Shown piece by piece: positions 58,735-64,000 of a stretch of 64,000 nt of DNA. The notes under the pieces were generated by a model. That model was not told the DNA's origin and ran no database searches. It saw only the letters and a program-made list of their open reading frames with translations. Source of the stretch: Gammaproteobacteria bacterium (lineage in GTDB: Bacteria; Pseudomonadota; Gammaproteobacteria; Eutrophobiales; Eutrophobiaceae); contig OZ220696.1 in NCBI GenBank assembly GCA_965116495.1, positions 2,848,001 through 2,912,000 of the forward strand, written 5' to 3'. The position numbers were made by a program, and so were the translations under genes. How positions within the stretch are numbered: the stretch's first letter is position 1; each line of letters opens with the position of its first letter.

Positions 58735-59106
58735 TCACCCGGCGGGTGGAGAAGCAGCCGCGCTCCCGCCTGACGATTGCGTACCGGGCTTCGTTTCCTT
58801 GTCAGCGCCGCCGCTATCCGTTTCTGTGTCCTTGTCCTTATTCCCGTCTTCACCTCCTGTGGTTTTGGCGCTGTCGGAATCCCCGGGTTTGTCATCTTGC
58901 TTGGCCAGGTTCCTGCGCGATTTCTCATCCTTGAAATCCGTTTCGTACCATCCGCTACCCTTGAGCCGGAAGGCGACCGGAGACACAAGCTTGCGCAGGG
59001 CAGGTTCCTCACAGGCGGGACAATCCGTCAGCCGCTGATCGGAGATCTTCTGCAATTTCTCCAGCCTGTGGCCGCAGGCATGACATTCATATTCGTAAAT
59101 CGGCAA
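58735..59106 (-). CDS. FmdB-family zinc-ribbon protein
   Basis: MPIYEYEC..CG...CP.C...FRLKGSGWYETDF and low-complexity tail. Confidence 0.92.
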   Translation of the reverse strand: MPIYEYECHACGHRLEKLQKISDQRLTDCPACEEPALRKLVSPVAFRLKGSGWYETDFKDEKSRRNLAKQDDKPGDSDSAKTTGGEDGNKDKDTETDSGGADKETKPGTQSSGGSAAASPPAG

Positions 59107-59190
59107 GACGTTAACCCTCTAATGTTACGGGACAGGAGGAAGATAGTGACGGCTCAGCGGAATTTCAAGTCTTGGAATAATGGGGTCAGG

Positions 59191-61689
59191 TCAGAAACGG
59201 TAAGATGCTTCCACACCCCAGACGCGCGGCGCCCCGACGACGCAACGCTGCATGCCTCCGCCGTTAGCGGGATCAACCAAACTCAGCGTGGTAGCCAGGG
59301 CCTGGATAAATATCACCTGGCAGTAATCCTGGCCGAACACGTTATGTACGAAGCCCGAAAATTCCCAGCCATCGTCCGCGCCGCGCAACCCCAGGCGGGC
59401 ATTGACGATGTCATAGCCCGGCTGCATTGTCTGCGGCGCCTGGTTGGTATCCGCGCCGACGTTCTGGTCGGAAATATACTGGTATTCACCCCGCACGAAC
59501 CAACCCAGGCCGTGAACCGGTACCCGGTCGGACCACTCGGCCACGAGCGACAGTTGCCATTTCGGCGAGAAGTGGTTCCTCTCTCCCGTCAGGTTCCGGG
59601 CCGGCACCTGCCCCGGAGGGAATCCCAGGAACCTGCTCAACTGGACGGATGTCCGGTATTCGGCAATCTCGGCGGGCAGGCTGGTTGCGTTGGTGAAGTT
59701 TCCGAAACTGGAATGCAGGTAACTCACACCCAGAACGGTATAGAGCCGGTTCAGGGGACGCGCCTGGATATCCAGTTCCATGCCCTGCTGGGTAAGTTCC
59801 TCGACGTTCTGCATAAGGAAATTCACGCCGTCGAACCTGCGGTCCTGGAGATCGTCGATCTCCGTATGAAAATAGTTCAGGCTGACCACTGCCCGGTTAT
59901 CGAATAACCCGCCCTTGACGCCTATCTCGATATTGTCCACGGTCTCCGTCTCGTACACCCGGTCCGCCCCGGCGGCCTCGGCAACGGAGTCGAAACCTTC
60001 GGGGTTGAAACCTCCCGACCTGAAGCCGGTCGCATAGGTGGCGAACAGCATCAGGTTTTCGACGGGAGAATAACTGATATTCGCCAACCAGGTGATCTCT
60101 TCCTCATCGTACTCAAGGTCAGGATGTTGTTCCGGTATGCGCAAATCGATAGTGAAGGGATTCTCCGGCGAAGGCGGCGCGGAAATCGGGTTGTTGACCA
60201 AGCTGAGAAAGCTGCCGTCCTTGTTGCTGTCGGTCCAGCGCACCCCGCCGGTCACGCGCAGTTGCTCCGTGACATTGAGCGTTAACTGGCCGTACAGCGC
60301 GTAGTTGCTGACATCCTGCCTGAAGCGGGTGGCGACGGCATCTCTTTGCGCTGCTTTCTCACAATCTCTAGCCACGCCGCCGGCAATGGCGTTGGCTGCC
60401 TGGGGACTGAAGTTGAAACTGGCAAGATAACTCGCGAACAGGTTGCCGACAAAGGGGGAACAGAAGTCCCGCCCATGGTCGAAAGACTGGTTGATACCGT
60501 AATCTTCCTGGTAGAAATACGCGCCGGCAACGTATTCGATGAGACCGCCGGTCGGGGATAGCAACTGTAATTCCTGGGAGATGGTTTCCACGTCAAAGAA
60601 AGTGACGCGCCGTATCAGGTCCATGGGCAGCCGTATGACGGATTCATTCAGGGTATCGTTGGACCATTTCCGATAGCCGGTCAGGGAACGGACGGTATGA
60701 TCGCCGATGCGCCAGTTGATGTCGCCGGCAATGCCCCACTGTTCGTCCTCTGCAAAGTCCCGGTGGTCCTGGTGGACCTTATTATCAAAGCCGTTCGCGG
60801 CATCCGGCACTTCCCCTGAAGGCATCGTGAGGGGGTCCGTGTGAGACAGGAAACTGCGCAGCGCTAGCAGGTATTCAGGTTGCACAGTCCCGGACAGTAC
60901 TTCGATCACGCCGCCGCCGTTAATTATCCTGGAGAAATCGGCAGTCAGGGTAATATTAAGGTCCGGGGCAGGTTCAAAAAAGAGCTTGCCGCGCACGCTT
61001 CCATCTTCCCAGTTGCCCACGTCATTATCACTGCCGTTTTCGGTGAAACTGTTCTCGCCGAAGCCATCCCGGTCGGAATACTGAAATGCCACGCGGCCGG
61101 CAATCCCGGGCGAGAAGGCGCCGCTCAAGGCGCCAGCCACCTGCACGTTGTCATAATTTCCGTATCTGGCCCTGATATTTCCGGAAAATTCTCCCTCGGG
61201 CTTCCTGGTGCGTATATTCAAGGCCCCCATGGAGGCGTTACGCCCGAACAGGGTGCCCTGGGGGCCGCGCAGGACTTCGACAATTTCCAGATCCGTGAGG
61301 GTGCCTATGACCGAGGACGGCCTCGGGATATAGATCCCGTCGACGAACACCGCCACGCCCGGCTCAATGGCGCTGTTGCCCACCGATCCGACTCCGCGCA
61401 GGATGATGCGGTTGTTCGCCAGCTGGCTGGAGAAGGCAAGGCTCAGGTTGGGTGTGTATTGACCGAGCTGTTGCAAGGTGTCTATACCGGAGTCCTCCAG
61501 AAACTCCCCGGTGAAGGTGGAGATGGAAATAGGGACATCCTGCAGGGATTGCTCCCGTTTCTGCGCGGTGACAATGATTTCCTCAATAGCCTGTGCGCCG
61601 GCGGCGCTGCTTGCCGCGGCCAGGAGTCCGAACACTGTCAGCAGCAATACCAGCGAATTATTGAACGACCTCCGCGAAAAATTAAACAT
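59191..61689 (-). CDS. TonB-dependent receptor
   Basis: IEEIIVTAQKREQSLQDVPISI, EVLRGPQGTLFGRNA, GFRSGGFN, C-terminal YRF. Confidence 0.95.
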   Translation of the reverse strand: MFNFSRRSFNNSLVLLLTVFGLLAAASSAAGAQAIEEIIVTAQKREQSLQDVPISISTFTGEFLEDSGIDTLQQLGQYTPNLSLAFSSQLANNRIILRGVGSVGNSAIEPGVAVFVDGIYIPRPSSVIGTLTDLEIVEVLRGPQGTLFGRNASMGALNIRTRKPEGEFSGNIRARYGNYDNVQVAGALSGAFSPGIAGRVAFQYSDRDGFGENSFTENGSDNDVGNWEDGSVRGKLFFEPAPDLNITLTADFSRIINGGGVIEVLSGTVQPEYLLALRSFLSHTDPLTMPSGEVPDAANGFDNKVHQDHRDFAEDEQWGIAGDINWRIGDHTVRSLTGYRKWSNDTLNESVIRLPMDLIRRVTFFDVETISQELQLLSPTGGLIEYVAGAYFYQEDYGINQSFDHGRDFCSPFVGNLFASYLASFNFSPQAANAIAGGVARDCEKAAQRDAVATRFRQDVSNYALYGQLTLNVTEQLRVTGGVRWTDSNKDGSFLSLVNNPISAPPSPENPFTIDLRIPEQHPDLEYDEEEITWLANISYSPVENLMLFATYATGFRSGGFNPEGFDSVAEAAGADRVYETETVDNIEIGVKGGLFDNRAVVSLNYFHTEIDDLQDRRFDGVNFLMQNVEELTQQGMELDIQARPLNRLYTVLGVSYLHSSFGNFTNATSLPAEIAEYRTSVQLSRFLGFPPGQVPARNLTGERNHFSPKWQLSLVAEWSDRVPVHGLGWFVRGEYQYISDQNVGADTNQAPQTMQPGYDIVNARLGLRGADDGWEFSGFVHNVFGQDYCQVIFIQALATTLSLVDPANGGGMQRCVVGAPRVWGVEASYRF

Positions 61690-61882
61690 CTCGATTTTTC
61701 CCCAGGGTAACGGTCCAGTGCTTCAGACATACGAAGGCGCATATTTTACCACAGATCGGCCCAAATTCCTTGTAGGAAACCCTGTTTAAGTCATAGTTTT
61801 CTGCGCCATAGGGATATATCGCCAAAATCTAAAGACAATAAGCCCTTGATTTTGGGCGCTTTTCGGAGTTAACCGTTTACTC

Positions 61883-62434
61883 TTATGTCTTCAGACCGGA
61901 GGTCATACGTCGCAAGGTATCGTCCTTCAACCAGAAGTGGTGATACAGGGCAGCCAGGATGTGTATTCCCAGCAATACCAGGATCACGATTGGAAATATT
62001 CCATGCAAATCCCCGATCAGTTCATTCAATGCCTCGTCCTTGTCCATCGGGAACCCCACCTCGAACAGCCCGAAGAACGGTACTTTATAGCCGGCCGTTG
62101 CGAACCTGGCCATGCCGTTGAATATCTGGACAAACAACATGATGTACAGTCCGTAGTGAACGGTTCTTGATACTACATGCTGCCAGATAGGAATATGCGG
62201 CATCTTTGCGGGAGTGATGTTCAGCCAGCGCCAGATCAGGCGCGCGCTGAGTATGAGCAGCAGCAGCAGGCCGAACGAGGCGTGCAGGAGAATCAACTCA
62301 AGTTTTTCCTGGCCCTGCGGCAGATCGGTTGATTGCGAGGCAATTGCCAGCATCACGATAACAAGCACCAGCACCGTCCAGTGAAAAATCTTACTTATCG
62401 TTCCATACTCTTTTCCGGTATTTTTAACAGCCAT
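61883..62434 (-). CDS. Cytochrome b561 (CybB/YceJ family)
   Basis: FHW, HASFG, VHYGLY, H..., HILAALYHH...D.TLRRM. Confidence 0.9.
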   Translation of the reverse strand: MAVKNTGKEYGTISKIFHWTVLVLVIVMLAIASQSTDLPQGQEKLELILLHASFGLLLLLILSARLIWRWLNITPAKMPHIPIWQHVVSRTVHYGLYIMLFVQIFNGMARFATAGYKVPFFGLFEVGFPMDKDEALNELIGDLHGIFPIVILVLLGIHILAALYHHFWLKDDTLRRMTSGLKT

Positions 62435-62452
62435 TGCATTTCTCCCGTTCAG

Positions 62453-62528
62453 TGGTGGGTCGTGCAGGAATCGAACCTGCGACCAACTGATTAAAAGTCA
62501 GCTGCTCTACCAACTGAGCTAACGACCC
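62453..62528 (-). tRNA. tRNA-Lys (UUU)
   Basis: Reverse complement GGGTCGTTAGCTCAGTTGGTAGAGCAGCTGACTTTTAATCAGTTGGTCGCAGGTTCGATTCCTGCACGACCCACCA; 76 nt, encoded CCA. Confidence 0.98.
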
Positions 62529-62675
62529 GGAACCAATTCAAGAATTTCGGATTACCCGGACAGCTCCGCGTTGCTGCCCGCCATGCGGGTTTCCGTGTTC
62601 AAGACAAACAGAGCAGGAATGATAATACCGGAGATTTCGCCCACGGTAAAATGGGCAACGACCTCCCGGCATCGT

Positions 62676-63425
62676 TCAGCCTTGTTTGAAAGAGGTGAGT
62701 ACCTGGGTGTATTCGCTCGGATAAAGGTTCGGGATGGCATACTCCCTGCGTGTCATCTTAATCAGGCCGACCTCCGGCGCATACCATTGTGTCTGCTCAA
62801 CCTTGATGAGCCGGATCCCAAGCAAGAGGCGCTGCGGCAGGTCGAGGAAACCGACTGCATCAATGCGCAGGCACCGGGAAAAATGGCCTGCGGGCACTTT
62901 CACGGATTCATCCATGCTGGTAATGGTATAGTCCATGGTCATGTGCCGGCTGAGCCCGTCCCAGCCGTCTTCCAGTTTTTTCGGCAGATCGAACAACTGC
63001 AGCCTTGCCGTGTTGCTCCACTCGGTGCCCACGCGCAACGGATACCCGATGACCCGTTCGACACGCTCGTCACCAGGAGAGGTACGGCTGATGCCCTCCG
63101 TTGATTTGGTAAAGAAATATTTCCTGCCGTTTGCGTATATTTTCGGGTAGTACCTGTTTGCGCCCACAGTCCGGGGCCGGAGATTACGCACAATGGATTT
63201 CTGTGTGACCACTCCCTGAATAACCGGCATCGTTCTGCTGATATCATAATTCCATTCATATCCGGGCGTCACCGGGAAGTAACCTGCAGCAGGCCTGTCG
63301 CAGGCGCAGAGCAGCAACGTCCCAAACAGGCAGAAGCTGATATATACGGTTGCAGGTCCGCGTTGATTTGCTTTTTGGTCCGCAGTCGGGGACATACTGC
63401 CCGGTCCGCAGACTGTCCCGATCAT
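62676..63425 (-). CDS. Hypothetical beta-rich lipoprotein
   Basis: Lipobox LCAC; YFP...G.EW.Y and E.V.VPAG.F..C...WYAP.VG patterns; start overlaps the upstream stop. Confidence 0.6.
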   Translation of the reverse strand: MIGTVCGPGSMSPTADQKANQRGPATVYISFCLFGTLLLCACDRPAAGYFPVTPGYEWNYDISRTMPVIQGVVTQKSIVRNLRPRTVGANRYYPKIYANGRKYFFTKSTEGISRTSPGDERVERVIGYPLRVGTEWSNTARLQLFDLPKKLEDGWDGLSRHMTMDYTITSMDESVKVPAGHFSRCLRIDAVGFLDLPQRLLLGIRLIKVEQTQWYAPEVGLIKMTRREYAIPNLYPSEYTQVLTSFKQG

Positions 63426-64000
63426 TTTCTCAACTTCATATCCCGTTCCAGTTGCAGCTCCTGCTCCAGGAATGCCATCCGCGCCTTGATACGTTCCGTC
63501 TGATAATAATCCGGGCGGGGCGCCTGCTGGCGCAACAGGTGTTTGAGTTGTTCAATTGCCACCTGGGTCTCGCCGGTAAGAAAATAGTATTCTGCATTGG
63601 CTATACTGGATTCGACCTCGTTGCCTGCTTCGGCCTCGGCCCGGGTCAGGTAATCGAAATAGGTGATATCGGGGGCCTGGAACTTGCCGTATTCGCGCAG
63701 CTTTTCACGGGCGGGATAAGGTTGCCCGGCTTTCAGCAAGGCATTGGTATAGTTCAGCACCAGCGGGCGGTAGTCCGGGTAGAGTCGTTCTGCTTTTGAG
63801 AAAATCCGGAATGCTACGTCATAGTTCCCTTGGTTAACCTCAACATCTGCCGCGGCAAGCAGGTAAGCGATGTTTTCCGGGTCGCCGGACAGCAACAGGC
63901 GCGCCTGTTCCCGCGCCAGTGTATATTGGCCGTCCGCGGTCAATGCAATGATGTAGCCGTACCGATCAGCGTCCCTGTCGCGCCCCGGTTCTGCAGCGGC
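63422..64000 (-). CDS. bepA: M48 metalloprotease BepA/YfgC, C-terminal TPR region (5' part outside window)
   Basis: YGY..AL, TPR helices, AEYYFLTGE...AIEQL, DYY..ERIKAR; catalytic part not visible. Confidence 0.75.
   Translation of the reverse strand, partial: AAAEPGRDRDADRYGYIIALTADGQYTLAREQARLLLSGDPENIAYLLAAADVEVNQGNYDVAFRIFSKAERLYPDYRPLVLNYTNALLKAGQPYPAREKLREYGKFQAPDITYFDYLTRAEAEAGNEVESSIANAEYYFLTGETQVAIEQLKHLLRQQAPRPDYYQTERIKARMAFLEQELQLERDMKLRK

Noticed and set aside
58729-58736. GGTGGGTC as an attR copy of the tRNA-Lys 3' end
   Set aside because: Only 8 bp of identity, expected by chance; no integrase present.

Overview
Chromosomal backbone of a GC-rich Gammaproteobacterium. Gene order (rpoN-hpf-ptsN-HPr-EI-mgtE, hisAFIE-tatABC, fmdB-DUF502-aspS...nadA-yebC-ruvCAB-tol/pal) is Chromatiales/Pseudomonadales-like; a host-associated (e.g. 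marine symbiont) lifestyle is only an inference from the decayed RTX gene and gene losses. Contents in order: a type II secretion locus split into gspFGHI (+) and an inverted gspJKLM block (-) that sits directly downstream of dnaA, where dnaN normally lies; rpmH-rnpA-yidD-yidC-mnmE; a broken PPC/RTX gene; an LPS/glycan cluster interleaved with ilvE and pyrF; a low-GC 'defence graveyard' (two BglII/BstYI-like endonucleases, an MT-A70 methylase and a UPF0175-like fragment, all apparently damaged); tat/his, polA, PTS-Ntr/rpoN/lpt, tol-pal, ruv, nadA; a TonB receptor + S9 peptidase pair; aspS; a second TonB receptor, cytochrome b561, tRNA-Lys and the end of bepA. The most unusual signal is non-coding: at least six families of short palindromic mini-elements, including a TA-flanked 263-bp MITE inserted in the gspJ stop codon, a 28-nt hairpin nested in the loops of two other repeat families, and palindromes translated in frame inside the cleavable prepilin leaders of GspJ and GspK. 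No transposase for any of them is in the window. All family assignments come from motif recognition, not database searches.
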